From positions 3,839 through 67,838 of the forward strand of contig CACDOC010000001.1 of NCBI GenBank assembly GCA_902554355.1: 64,000 bases of DNA, in the 5' to 3' direction. Shown one piece after another: positions 35,898 to 45,997 of the stretch (positions are counted from its first letter, which is position 1; the number at the start of each line of letters is the position of its first letter). The notes beneath the pieces are model-generated. The model did not search any database, had not been told where the DNA came from, and saw only the letters and a program-made list of their open reading frames with translations. The DNA comes from an uncultured SAR86 cluster bacterium. Lineage in GTDB: Bacteria; Pseudomonadota; Gammaproteobacteria; Magnimaribacterales; Magnimaribacteraceae. The position numbers and the translations under genes are program-made.

Positions 35898-37553
35898 ATG
35901 AAAAATACTCTATTAGCCCCTCCTGTTGTTTCGAACATTGATAATAAGTCAGAAGAATTTTCTAAATACAAAGATGCTATGCTTGAAAGATTAGATGGTA
36001 TAGAAGATTTATTAGACTTCGTTGAACTTGGTGGCGGCATGCATCACCATGAAAGGCTAGCTGCAAGAGGTAAAATGTCTGTTAGAGACAGAATAGCTAA
36101 CTTCATAGACCCTGATACTCCTTTTTTAGAAATAAGCTCTTTAGCAGCATACGCATCAGACTACCCAGTGGGTGGAGGTGCTGTAGCAGGAATAGGAATA
36201 GTTGCGGGTACTGAGTGTGTTATCTTCGCTAACGACCCTACAGTTCTTGCTGGAGCTATGCATGCGTTTTCGGGGAAAAAATGGACTAGGGCAATGGAAA
36301 TCTCGCGAGTTAATAAAATACCTTATGTTCAGTTCGTTGAGTCTGCTGGTGGGGATTTACGGATGGGAGGCGGTAAAGGTAAAGGTCAATCCAGAGGAAC
36401 TATTCTAGGAGCGGGACATTTTGCCGAGTCAGGAAGAACTTTTTACGATGTAACAGAATTATCAAAATTAAGAATACCTACCATTTCTATAGTTTTTGGT
36501 TCTTCCACAGCAGGTGGAGCCTACCAACCAGGTATGTCTGATTACAATATCTTTATAAAGAAACAATCTAAAGTATTTCTTGGGGGACCACCTCTTGTAA
36601 AAATGGCCACTGGTGAAGAGTCAGATGACGAAACGCTAGGTGGTGGCCAAATGCATGCTGAAACTTCTGGTTTGGCTGATTATCTAGCAGAAGATGAAAT
36701 GGACGCTTTAAGGATTGGAAGAGAGGTTGTTTCACATTTAAATTGGAGAAAAGAAGGTGCTAAACCCAAACTACAACCTGATGAGCCTATATTAAATCAA
36801 GAAGATTTACTTGGTTTGGTTGACCCGGACCTGAAAAGACCATTTGATGTTAGAGAAGTAATTGGAAGGATAGCTGACGGATCAAGGTTTGAAGAATTTA
36901 AACCATTATTTGGCCCTACAATTGTGTGTGGTTTTGCTTCTATTCATGGTTATACGGTAGGTGTTTTAGGAAATAATGGGCCAATATTCCCCGATACTGC
37001 TTCTAAAGGAGCCCATTTTGTTCAATTATGCAATCAGATAGATATCCCTATTGTCTTTTTGCAGAACATAACAGGCTTTGTTGTTGGAAAAGATTATGAA
37101 AGAGATGGACAGATCAAAAAAGGTGCTCAATTTCTTAATTCTGTATCCAACTCAACTGTTCCTCACTTAACAATTATCTTGGGAGCAAGTTATGGAGCTG
37201 GAACATACGCTATGTCAGGTAGAGCTTACGACAACAAATTTACATTTCTTTGGCCTACGGCAAAGATTGCTGTCATGGGTCCACAACAAATAGCTGGTGT
37301 AATGTCGATAGTTAGAAGAGCTAGGGCAGCTAGACTGGGAGAGAAATTTGATGAAAAAGAAGATGCAAAAATGGTAGCTTATGCGGAAAGGGTTCAAGAA
37401 GAAGGATCTTTAGCTTTAAGAGCTACTGGGGCCATAAGTGATGACGGAATAATAGACCCAAGAGATACAAGGACAGTTTTGGGGATGTGTTTATCACTTG
37501 TAAGTGGAAGAAATATTGAAGGCGCACCTGGATATGGAGTATACAGACTATGA
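35898..37553 (+). CDS. acyl-CoA carboxylase carboxyltransferase (beta) subunit, methylcrotonyl-/geranyl-CoA carboxylase type
   Basis: 551 aa with a two-lobed carboxyltransferase. Contains GSSTAGGAYQPGMSD and matches the AtuC/LiuB length class. Confidence 0.85.
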   Translation: MKNTLLAPPVVSNIDNKSEEFSKYKDAMLERLDGIEDLLDFVELGGGMHHHERLAARGKMSVRDRIANFIDPDTPFLEISSLAAYASDYPVGGGAVAGIGIVAGTECVIFANDPTVLAGAMHAFSGKKWTRAMEISRVNKIPYVQFVESAGGDLRMGGGKGKGQSRGTILGAGHFAESGRTFYDVTELSKLRIPTISIVFGSSTAGGAYQPGMSDYNIFIKKQSKVFLGGPPLVKMATGEESDDETLGGGQMHAETSGLADYLAEDEMDALRIGREVVSHLNWRKEGAKPKLQPDEPILNQEDLLGLVDPDLKRPFDVREVIGRIADGSRFEEFKPLFGPTIVCGFASIHGYTVGVLGNNGPIFPDTASKGAHFVQLCNQIDIPIVFLQNITGFVVGKDYERDGQIKKGAQFLNSVSNSTVPHLTIILGASYGAGTYAMSGRAYDNKFTFLWPTAKIAVMGPQQIAGVMSIVRRARAARLGEKFDEKEDAKMVAYAERVQEEGSLALRATGAISDDGIIDPRDTRTVLGMCLSLVSGRNIEGAPGYGVYRL

Positions 37554-39472
37554 CTTTTCATAAATTATTAATAGCCAACAGAGGAGAAATTGCTTGTAGG
37601 ATAATTAAAACTGCTCATGAGATGGGTATTGCTTGCGTAGCTGTTTATACTGAAGCTGACTCTCACTCACCCTTTGTAAAGATGGCTGATGAGGCAGTTA
37701 AACTTAGCGATACGTATCTGAATGGGAAAGAGATTATAGAAGCTGCAAAACAAACAGGTGCAGAAGCTATCCATCCTGGATATGGGTTTCTTTCTGAAAA
37801 TGCCAAATTTTCTAGGGACGTGCTAAAAGCTGACCTGATTTGGGTCGGTCCAAGTTCAAAAGTTATAACTTCAATGGGAGATAAGCTTAAAGCTAAAGAT
37901 ATTGCAGAGAAAGCTGGTGTGCCTACTTTGCCTATGACTACAGACCCTAAGAAAGCTAACACTATTGGCTACCCTATTCTCATTAAAGCTGCTGCTGGTG
38001 GTGGAGGAAAAGGGATGAGAATAGTCGAGTCTAAAAAAGATTTAAAGGAATCAATTGCTGGCGCTCAAAGGGAAGCTAAAACTGGATTTGGAGATGATAG
38101 AGTTTTTATAGAACGATATGTAGCTTCTTCAAGACATATTGAAATACAAATACTTGGAGACTCCCATGGAAATGTTTTACATCTTGGGGAAAGAGAATGC
38201 TCTATTCAAAGAAGACATCAAAAAATAATTGAAGAATCACCCTCTCCAAGAGTTGATACGAAGATGAGAGAAGAAATGGGAGAAGCTGCTATAAAGTTAG
38301 CAAAAAAACTGAAATACGAATCTGCTGGTACCGTTGAATTTCTCGTAGATGATAAGACTGGAGAGTTTTGGTTCTTAGAAGTTAATACAAGACTCCAAGT
38401 AGAGCATCCTGTTACCGAAGAAGTTACTGGTAAAGATTTAGTCTATGAGCAACTCAGAATAGCTAGAGGAGAAATGCTGGGTTATTCTCAAGAAGACATA
38501 TCCTGGACAGGATCTTCCATTGAAGCAAGGTTGTATGCAGAAGATCCTGCAAATGATTTTTTACCAGCCACTGGTACTTTGATTGCGTACGAGAGTGATA
38601 CAAATATTGATGCAAGATGGGATACAGGTATTGAACAAGGCTCTATTGTAGGCACAGATTTTGACCCTATGTTGGCAAAAGTTATCACTAAAGGTAAAAC
38701 AAGAACTGATGCAGCTAATAAACTAGCTTTAGCTCTTGAGAACTTGCACATCGGCGGAGTAACCACCAATAGAGATTTCTTAGTTTCTTCTCTAAGATCA
38801 AAAGAATTTCTTAAAGGTAAAACAACTTCTGATTTCATAGAAAAAGCGAAGCCACAAAGAGCTGTACTTTTAAAAGGAACGAATCTGGAATTAGCAACTA
38901 CTGCGGCAGCTTTATGGATTCAAGGAAAAAATAGAGAAAATGCATCCCTTCTAAAAGACATACCCTCAGGATGGAGAAATTCTAGGTTGCCAAGACAAAG
39001 AATTACTTTTAGTTATTTAGATGATGAAGTAACAGTCTATTACAAATCAAATAGAGATCATTCGTTTAGTGTTAATGAGAATACAAATGCTAAGATCATT
39101 AATTGGTCAGAAAGAGGTATTGATATTGAAATTAATAACTCAAGATTTTTTTCAAAAATAACCCAGGATAAAGATGATTTAGTAGTCCATGGCCCATGGG
39201 GAGATGTTCTCTTGAGAATTGTACCTAGATTTACTCTACCTGGTTCTGAAGCTCAAGCAGGCGGTTTAGTCGCCCCTATGCCTGGGAAAGTAATAGATTT
39301 AAAAGTAAAAGTAGGAAGCAAGGTTAAAAAAGGAGATACGTTGGTTATCCTAGAAGCCATGAAGATGGAGCACCAAGTAAAAGCTTCGGAAGATGGAAAA
39401 GTAACCAAAATCTTGATTAAGAAAGATGATCAACTAGAAAATGGTGCTTTATTAATGGTTCTAGATAATTAA
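37550..39472 (+). CDS. acyl-CoA carboxylase biotin carboxylase/BCCP (alpha) subunit
   Basis: 640 aa. Contains LLIANRGEIACRII, an ATP-grasp domain (KAAAGGGGKGMR), and the C-terminal biotinyl motif EAMKMEH. Overlaps the beta gene by 4 nt. Confidence 0.9.
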   Translation: MTFHKLLIANRGEIACRIIKTAHEMGIACVAVYTEADSHSPFVKMADEAVKLSDTYLNGKEIIEAAKQTGAEAIHPGYGFLSENAKFSRDVLKADLIWVGPSSKVITSMGDKLKAKDIAEKAGVPTLPMTTDPKKANTIGYPILIKAAAGGGGKGMRIVESKKDLKESIAGAQREAKTGFGDDRVFIERYVASSRHIEIQILGDSHGNVLHLGERECSIQRRHQKIIEESPSPRVDTKMREEMGEAAIKLAKKLKYESAGTVEFLVDDKTGEFWFLEVNTRLQVEHPVTEEVTGKDLVYEQLRIARGEMLGYSQEDISWTGSSIEARLYAEDPANDFLPATGTLIAYESDTNIDARWDTGIEQGSIVGTDFDPMLAKVITKGKTRTDAANKLALALENLHIGGVTTNRDFLVSSLRSKEFLKGKTTSDFIEKAKPQRAVLLKGTNLELATTAAALWIQGKNRENASLLKDIPSGWRNSRLPRQRITFSYLDDEVTVYYKSNRDHSFSVNENTNAKIINWSERGIDIEINNSRFFSKITQDKDDLVVHGPWGDVLLRIVPRFTLPGSEAQAGGLVAPMPGKVIDLKVKVGSKVKKGDTLVILEAMKMEHQVKASEDGKVTKILIKKDDQLENGALLMVLDN

Positions 39473-39475
39473 GAG

Positions 39476-41245
39476 ATGAGTAAGTCGAAAGAAAAAATAA
39501 TTATAGGTAATTGCAGTGGTTTCTATGGAGATAGATTATCAGCTGCTAAGGATATGGTGGAAGGAGGACCGATTGATGTCTTAACCGGAGATTATTTAGC
39601 TGAATTAACGATGACAATTCTCTACAACCAGAGGATGAAAAGAGGTGAAGACCAAGGATATGTAGGAACTTTCTTAAAACAATTCAGAGATGTTGCTAAA
39701 TCATGCCAAGAAAAGAATATTAAGATAGTTACTAATGCAGGAGGACTAAATCCCTCTTCTATGGCAAATCAGGTCCAAGAAATAATCAAAGAACTAAATC
39801 TTGATTTAAAAGTAGCCTATATTGATGGAGATGACCTCATTCCCGAATTAGATAAGCTTTATTCAGAGGGCGAAAAATTGATAAACATTGATAAAGAGAT
39901 TCCTCTTGATACTTACGAAAAACCTCCTGTTACAGCTAATGCTTATTTTGGCGCATGGGGTATAAAAGAAGCTCTAGACCAAGGGGCAGACATAGTGGTC
40001 TGTCCTCGAGTTACAGATGCCGCTGTTGTCATAGGTCCTGCTGCTTGGAAATTTAATTGGTCGAGGGATGATTATGACTCTCTAGCTGGCGCTCTAGCTG
40101 CAGGTCACATAATAGAATGTGGAGCTCAGGCGACAGGAGGAAACTATGCTTTCTTTCAAGAAGTTCCCTCTTTCAGCAATGTTGGCTATCCAATTGCAGA
40201 GATATTTGAAGATGGAAGTTTTTATATTACTAAACATCCAGGTACCGGAGGTCTAGTGTCAGTTGGAACTGTAACAGCACAACTTTTATACGAAATAGGA
40301 TCACCTGCATACATGAACCCAGACGTAATAGGTCATTTTGATACTTTAAAAATAGAACAAGAAGCTGAAAATAAAGTTTATGTGTCAGGTTGTAGAGGAA
40401 GTAGTGCTCCGAAAACACACAAGGTTTGCATCAATTTAGCTGGAGGGTTTCGTAATGGAGTAGAAATTCTTCTAACTGGACTTGATATAGAAGAAAAAGC
40501 CAAATTAGTGACAGATTCAATCTTTGAAAATTTAGGAGGAAGGGACCAATTTGATAAAGTTGATGTACAGCTTCATAGAACCGATAAAGAGGATCCAGTC
40601 TCAAATGAACAAGCACAAGCCTCATTAAGAATAAGTGTTAAATCAAAAAACCCTGATTTAGTAGGCAGAATGTTTAATGCAAAGATTACGGAACTTGGAC
40701 TAGCTAATCTTCCAGGTTGGACAGGAAGAGGAGGAACGCCTAGCGGCGCTTATATTGAGTATTGGCCTGCGCTGGTCGATAGCAAATTTATCAAAGAAAA
40801 CGTCCATTTTGAGGGTAAAAAAACAGAAATTATTCCTACTAGTCAGTTAGATTTAGAAGAAATTTATTATCAAAAAGAACCCTACGACAATAAATTACCT
40901 GCAATTAATAAAACTAAAACTATTCCTTTCGGTAGGCTTTATGGAACCAGATCTGGTGACAAAGGAGGTTGTGCAAATCTGGGGGTTTGGGCAAAAGAGG
41001 ATGAAGCTTACGCGTATCTATTTGAATTATTGACTGTTGATAAACTTAAAGAATTATTACCAGATTTATCAGAATATAAAATCGATAGGTTTGAATTACC
41101 TAACATCCTATCTTTAAATTTTTATGTGCATGGAATACTACAAGATGGGGTGTCTTCTTCAACAAGACTTGATGGTCAAGCTAAGTCTTTAGGAGAATAC
41201 TTAAGAGCAAAAAATATTGAAGCCCCTGATTTTTTACTTAAATGA
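39476..41245 (+). CDS. AtuA-like (DUF1446) acyclic-terpene-utilisation family protein
   Basis: 589 aa. The N-terminal IGNCSGFYGDRLSAAKDMVEGGPIDVLTGDYLAELTM is characteristic of the AtuA family. Starts 3 nt after the carboxylase alpha gene. Confidence 0.7.
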   Translation: MSKSKEKIIIGNCSGFYGDRLSAAKDMVEGGPIDVLTGDYLAELTMTILYNQRMKRGEDQGYVGTFLKQFRDVAKSCQEKNIKIVTNAGGLNPSSMANQVQEIIKELNLDLKVAYIDGDDLIPELDKLYSEGEKLINIDKEIPLDTYEKPPVTANAYFGAWGIKEALDQGADIVVCPRVTDAAVVIGPAAWKFNWSRDDYDSLAGALAAGHIIECGAQATGGNYAFFQEVPSFSNVGYPIAEIFEDGSFYITKHPGTGGLVSVGTVTAQLLYEIGSPAYMNPDVIGHFDTLKIEQEAENKVYVSGCRGSSAPKTHKVCINLAGGFRNGVEILLTGLDIEEKAKLVTDSIFENLGGRDQFDKVDVQLHRTDKEDPVSNEQAQASLRISVKSKNPDLVGRMFNAKITELGLANLPGWTGRGGTPSGAYIEYWPALVDSKFIKENVHFEGKKTEIIPTSQLDLEEIYYQKEPYDNKLPAINKTKTIPFGRLYGTRSGDKGGCANLGVWAKEDEAYAYLFELLTVDKLKELLPDLSEYKIDRFELPNILSLNFYVHGILQDGVSSSTRLDGQAKSLGEYLRAKNIEAPDFLLK

Positions 41246-41252
41246 GAAAATT

Positions 41253-42041
41253 ATGAACGACAAACTCTCCCTAGATGGTCTTAATTTTGAAGCCACAAAA
41301 ATTGATATTTCAAACAATATTTTGACGATAACTTTAAATCGACCTGAAAAGAAAAATGCTCTAAACAATGTGATGATGAATGAAATTTGTTATGCATTAA
41401 GTTACGCAAAACAAGAAAGGGAAATTAGAGTTGTAGTAATAGCTGCTGAGGGAGACGTATTCTGTGCTGGTGCTGACCTAAGAAGAGAAAAAGCTGAATC
41501 TAACGTACCAAAAATTGAGGGTTCAGATGATATCAGCTTACTCATTAGACACCTATACAAGCCTGTTATATGTAAAATTCAAGGGTCAGTTCATGCAGGT
41601 GCTTTGCTAATGGTTACAAATTCCACTCACGCTATAGCAGTGGATGACGCTAAATTTTCTGCTCCAGAAATCCTAAGAGGGGTTTGGCCTCATATGGTTA
41701 TGGCAGGATTATTTAGAGTAATGCCTAAGAGAGCTGGACTTGATTTCTGTATGAGAGGTCAAGCTATAGATGCTAAAAAAGCAGAAGAATGGGGATTAAT
41801 TAATGAGTCAGTGCCTACAAATAAACTGGATGAAGCGGTCTCGAAATTAGCTTCAGACCTTGCTAGTTTAGCTCCAGGAACAATGCAATTCGGTCTTGAG
41901 GCATATGTTAATCAAGACGGGATGAACTTTGACGAAGCTCTACCTTATCTTGGCAAAAAAAGTGCCGAAACTTTTGCAGGACCAGACGCACAAGAAGGTA
42001 TAGCTGCATTCCTTGAAAAAAGAGAACCTAATTGGGATTAA
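41253..42041 (+). CDS. enoyl-CoA hydratase/isomerase (crotonase) family
   Basis: Start placed at ATG 41253 (MNDKLSL...). Contains the oxyanion-hole block VFCAGADL. Confidence 0.85.
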   Translation: MNDKLSLDGLNFEATKIDISNNILTITLNRPEKKNALNNVMMNEICYALSYAKQEREIRVVVIAAEGDVFCAGADLRREKAESNVPKIEGSDDISLLIRHLYKPVICKIQGSVHAGALLMVTNSTHAIAVDDAKFSAPEILRGVWPHMVMAGLFRVMPKRAGLDFCMRGQAIDAKKAEEWGLINESVPTNKLDEAVSKLASDLASLAPGTMQFGLEAYVNQDGMNFDEALPYLGKKSAETFAGPDAQEGIAAFLEKREPNWD

Positions 42042-42928
42042 TTATTCTTCGCAGCTAGATAGATTGAACCGAGAACAACGAAGCCGCCGAAGGCTTGAAA
42101 TGTTGTTATTGCTTCATTCAGTAGAAGCCAACCGTAAAAAGCTGCAGCTAAGGGCTGTATTAAAAGAAGCAAAGAGGATAAATGAGCAGTAATTTTAGAG
42201 ATACCATAAGTAATCATTCCTTGAGCTATTGTTTGACTAATCAATGCATAAGCAAATAAAACACTCCATTCTTCTCTATTTCTTGGAATTAATTCAGCAG
42301 TCTCAAATAAGCTCATAGGTATTAAAATTATTGAGGTCATGAAAGTAGCCAAAAACAATGTTTGTGCTGGCGAGAAATTCACAGTTAAAGACTTTATCGA
42401 AAGAATGTAACCTGCATAAAAAATAGCTGCTACTATCCCTAAGAAATCTCCGAAAACTTTTGGACTATTATTTTCAGAACTAGATAGTATCACCAAGCTA
42501 ACACCTATCATTGCAGAAAATAGCATTAAAAAGAATTGTGGTTTTATTGTATGCCTTAAAAAAATTAAACCAATAAAGCTAACGAATATGGGTGCTGTAT
42601 TAGCCATCAAAGTTGCATTCGCTACAGAGGTGAATGAAATAGACCAATTCCAAAATGACATATCCACCGCGAAACAGAATCCAGAAAGCAGTATAAGAAG
42701 AAATGTTTTTTTATTACTCAATAATCTGAGATTAATACCCTTTCCTTCCATAAGAACCCATAGGTATAAAAAAGGTAAGGCAAGAAATACCCTATAAAAG
42801 GCTATTAAAGAAGGAGAAGAATCACTATAACGAACAAAAATTGCTGACAAGCCCAGCAAGGCAGAACCAATAAAAAGAGAGCCTAGTCCTTTTATCTTGT
42901 CATTTGTTTTTTTTATCTCGTCGCTCAT
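42038..42928 (-). CDS. DMT-superfamily (EamA) transporter
   Basis: 296 aa with 10 TM segments arranged as two EamA-like repeats. Confidence 0.75.
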   Translation of the reverse strand: MSDEIKKTNDKIKGLGSLFIGSALLGLSAIFVRYSDSSPSLIAFYRVFLALPFLYLWVLMEGKGINLRLLSNKKTFLLILLSGFCFAVDMSFWNWSISFTSVANATLMANTAPIFVSFIGLIFLRHTIKPQFFLMLFSAMIGVSLVILSSSENNSPKVFGDFLGIVAAIFYAGYILSIKSLTVNFSPAQTLFLATFMTSIILIPMSLFETAELIPRNREEWSVLFAYALISQTIAQGMITYGISKITAHLSSLLLLIQPLAAAFYGWLLLNEAITTFQAFGGFVVLGSIYLAAKNN

Positions 42929-42957
42929 TAGCTAAGTTATACTTCGAATATAATTTT

Positions 42958-44310
42958 ATGAACAGTTTTATTCAAAACAACCAAGAAATAATTTCTGTTT
43001 CTGACGTAAACAATCTAGCAAAAGGTTTGCTCGAAAAAGATCTTTCCAACGTCTGGATACAAGGAGAAATTTCAAGCTTCACTGCTCATGGATCAGGTCA
43101 TTGGTACTTTACCATAAAAGATAAAAAGTCAGCTTTAGATTGTGTAATGTTTAAATTTGACAACATCAATCTGCTATTCGAACCAAAAGTAGGTGATGAA
43201 TTAATTCTTAATGGCAATGTAAGTATTTATTCTCCTACGGGACGTTATCAATTTAATGTTAAGCATATTGAAGTATCCGGAGAAGGTGCTCTTCTTAGGG
43301 CATTTGAAGAATTAAAAAAGAAACTTGAGCTTGAAGGTCTATTTGATGAGACTAGAAAAAAGGTTTTACCTGAGTTTCCTATGGAAATCTCAGTAATCAC
43401 TTCTGCTACGGGTGCTGTGATCAAAGATATTATTAATGTTTTAAGCAGGAGATCGCCTAACATGACCTTGACTTTGGTTGAAGCACAGGTACAAGGGAAA
43501 CAGGCTGAAAAAAGCATATGTAATGCAATTGAAAGAGTAAATTATTTTCGACAATCAGATCTCATCATTCTTGCTAGAGGTGGAGGATCTATAGAAGATC
43601 TTTGGTGTTTTAACATGGAATCAGTGGCCAGATCGATTTTTAATTCAGAAATACCTTTAATTAGTGCTGTTGGTCATGAAACTGATTTTACGATTTCAGA
43701 TTTTGTTTCTGATTTAAGAGCCCCTACTCCTTCTGCAGCGGCTGAGATAATTAGTCAAAACCATAGCAATCTATTTGCTAGCCTAACTTCCATGCAAAAG
43801 GATCTTAGCTTAAGCATCAATAATGAATTGGTAAAACAGAATGAAAGTATAAAAAACCTATCCAAGCTCATCAAACACCCCGGGGATAAATTAAGGGAAA
43901 TATCTCAAAAAATTGATGGGCTTGAAATGCATTTAAGCAATCTAACAGAAAGAATTTTTCTAATTTCTAGGAATAAAATTAGTACTTTTTCGTCATCTCT
44001 AAAAGAATTTTCTCCTATAGTAAGAGTTGAGAAAAATAAAAATAGGATAGAAAGTTCAATTAAGGATATTAAAAGATCCATCGAAGAAGTTATAGGCAAA
44101 AAAAGAAACCTGTTCTTATCGAGCTCCAAAACGCTAGAGGCAGTTAGCCCTCTTTCAGTTCTCTCAAGAGGGTATTCAATCTTAACTAAAGGGGAAAAAG
44201 AGCAAGTAATTAACTCTTACGCACAAGTAAAAATAGGTGATGAAATAAAGGGAAAACTCAAAGAAGGACAGATCCTAACAAAAGTTATAGAAGTTTCAGA
44301 TGAGAATTAA
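42958..44310 (+). CDS. xseA: exodeoxyribonuclease VII large subunit
   Basis: Start placed at ATG 42958. OB-fold N-terminus (VSDVNNLAKGLLE...VWIQGEISSFTAHGSGHWYFTIKD), a catalytic core, and a long coiled-coil C-terminus. Confidence 0.85.
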   Translation: MNSFIQNNQEIISVSDVNNLAKGLLEKDLSNVWIQGEISSFTAHGSGHWYFTIKDKKSALDCVMFKFDNINLLFEPKVGDELILNGNVSIYSPTGRYQFNVKHIEVSGEGALLRAFEELKKKLELEGLFDETRKKVLPEFPMEISVITSATGAVIKDIINVLSRRSPNMTLTLVEAQVQGKQAEKSICNAIERVNYFRQSDLIILARGGGSIEDLWCFNMESVARSIFNSEIPLISAVGHETDFTISDFVSDLRAPTPSAAAEIISQNHSNLFASLTSMQKDLSLSINNELVKQNESIKNLSKLIKHPGDKLREISQKIDGLEMHLSNLTERIFLISRNKISTFSSSLKEFSPIVRVEKNKNRIESSIKDIKRSIEEVIGKKRNLFLSSSKTLEAVSPLSVLSRGYSILTKGEKEQVINSYAQVKIGDEIKGKLKEGQILTKVIEVSDEN

Positions 44311-45151
44311 GCTATTAGCTATTTTTTTTAGTTTATTGCTAGGTTCATGCGCTCTAAATAAACAAGTATTTATAGCTAATAATTGTGAATTTCCCATAAA
44401 TAGCCCCTACCCAGGTGGAGTTTTGAGTACTGAGATTACCAATAGAAAATTCAATGAGAATGAAGAAATCGTTGCGGAAGGCTTAAAATCTTTCATCTGC
44501 AAATACTCTTTCAATAATTACAAAGTATTTGTCCCTATACCTTTAGATTTTAAAAAAACCAGAATAGAAATTAAGCAAGGTAATAACTTATTAAATTCAA
44601 TTGAAGTTTTAAAAAAAAATTATAGAGAATCAAGAATTACGATATCGAATGAAGAGTACGTAAGTCCAAGTAAAGATTTATTACCTAGAATTAGAGAGGA
44701 GTATGAATTAAGTCAGAAAGCTAAAAATACTGTTTCTGCATTAAAAATAAAGAATTGGGAAATGACCATACCAGTTCAGGGTCTTATGAGTAGCGAGTTC
44801 GGCGTAAGAAGGTTTATCAATAACGAACCAAGAAATAGACATAGCGGAATGGATATTGCTGCTCCTGAAGGAACAGAAGTTATAACGCCTTTAAGCGGAG
44901 AAGTTATCATCTCTTCAAACTTTTTCTATAAAGGAAATGTAATCTATGTAAATCATGGGGCTGGTCTAGTAAGTAGTTATTCTCATCTCAGTAAATTAGA
45001 AGTTAAAAAAGGAGATAAAATAAAAACAGGAGATATTATTGGATTAGTTGGTCAAACAGGGAGAGTAACTGGTCCGCATTTACATTGGGAAGTTTATCTA
45101 ATGGGAGTACCAATAAACCCTGAAGTGTTTTTAGTTACTTCAAATTTATGA
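44300..45151 (+). CDS. M23-family metallopeptidase lipoprotein
   Basis: 283 aa. Lipobox LLGSC, HSGMDIAAPEGTEV and GPHLHWEV. Confidence 0.85.
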   Translation: MRIKLLAIFFSLLLGSCALNKQVFIANNCEFPINSPYPGGVLSTEITNRKFNENEEIVAEGLKSFICKYSFNNYKVFVPIPLDFKKTRIEIKQGNNLLNSIEVLKKNYRESRITISNEEYVSPSKDLLPRIREEYELSQKAKNTVSALKIKNWEMTIPVQGLMSSEFGVRRFINNEPRNRHSGMDIAAPEGTEVITPLSGEVIISSNFFYKGNVIYVNHGAGLVSSYSHLSKLEVKKGDKIKTGDIIGLVGQTGRVTGPHLHWEVYLMGVPINPEVFLVTSNL

Positions 45152-45604
45152 TTCATATTTAGAAATAATTTCTTCCAGGCTGTTTCTAGTTTGAGGGCCT
45201 ATTAGTGTCTCAACCAATTTACCTTCAGGAGTTAATATGTATGTTGCTGGAAGACTGGGTGGAGTTTCCCAACCAAACAGCAATCCAGGATCAGTCATAA
45301 GACTTGGGACATTAACTTTAAATCTTTTAATTTGGTCCTTAAGTTCGTCTCCTTCTAATCGATCAAAGTTGTAAGCAAGAACTAAAGCTTTATCTTTATT
45401 TTGGTTAAAAAAACTTTCTAACTCTGGCATTTCTTTAATACATGGTGGGCACCAATCAGCCCAATAATTTACAACTAACCATTTTCCAAGAAAATCACTT
45501 TTATTTCCCTTAGACCCTTCAAATAGTTCATAATCAGGTTTTGAACAAGCGCAGAGCAATACTAAGACTGAGAAAATAAAAGATATTTTAATATTTTTAA
45601 TCAT
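45146..45604 (-). CDS. TlpA/ResA-like periplasmic thiol:disulfide oxidoreductase
   Basis: Start placed at ATG 45604 (MIKNIKISF...). Lipoprotein-like signal (LLCAC) and thioredoxin motif WADWCPPC. Confidence 0.8.
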   Translation of the reverse strand: MIKNIKISFIFSVLVLLCACSKPDYELFEGSKGNKSDFLGKWLVVNYWADWCPPCIKEMPELESFFNQNKDKALVLAYNFDRLEGDELKDQIKRFKVNVPSLMTDPGLLFGWETPPSLPATYILTPEGKLVETLIGPQTRNSLEEIISKYES

Positions 45605-45626
45605 ATAAAAATTGGACTTGAAAATT

Positions 45627-45977
45627 ATGAGTGATTTTATCATCTACCATAACCCAAGGTGCAGTAAATCTAGACAAACTCTAGAAATTCTTGATCAGCA
45701 TGATCTAGAAACAGAGATTGTTTTATATTTAGATAATCCGCCTTCCGCAGAAGAAATCGCATCCATATTAAATAAGTTGGAACTTAGTCCTAGAGATATA
45801 CTTAGAAAAGGAGAAGATGCATATAAAGAGTTAAATCTAAAAAATGATAAATTAACTAACAAAGATTTGATCAACTTTATGGTAGAAAATCCAAAATTAA
45901 TTGAGAGGCCAATAGTCATAAGAGGAGATAAAGCTGTTATAGGTAGGCCGCCAGAGAACGTCTTATCTTTAGTTTAA
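45627..45977 (+). CDS. arsC: ArsC-family (glutaredoxin-type arsenate reductase-like) protein
   Basis: Start placed at ATG 45627. Contains IYHNPRCSKSR with Cys12, and downstream Arg residues in the RKGED, ERPIV and IGRPPE contexts. Confidence 0.75.
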   Translation: MSDFIIYHNPRCSKSRQTLEILDQHDLETEIVLYLDNPPSAEEIASILNKLELSPRDILRKGEDAYKELNLKNDKLTNKDLINFMVENPKLIERPIVIRGDKAVIGRPPENVLSLV

Positions 45978-45997
45978 AATTTAATTAGGGAGTTGTA

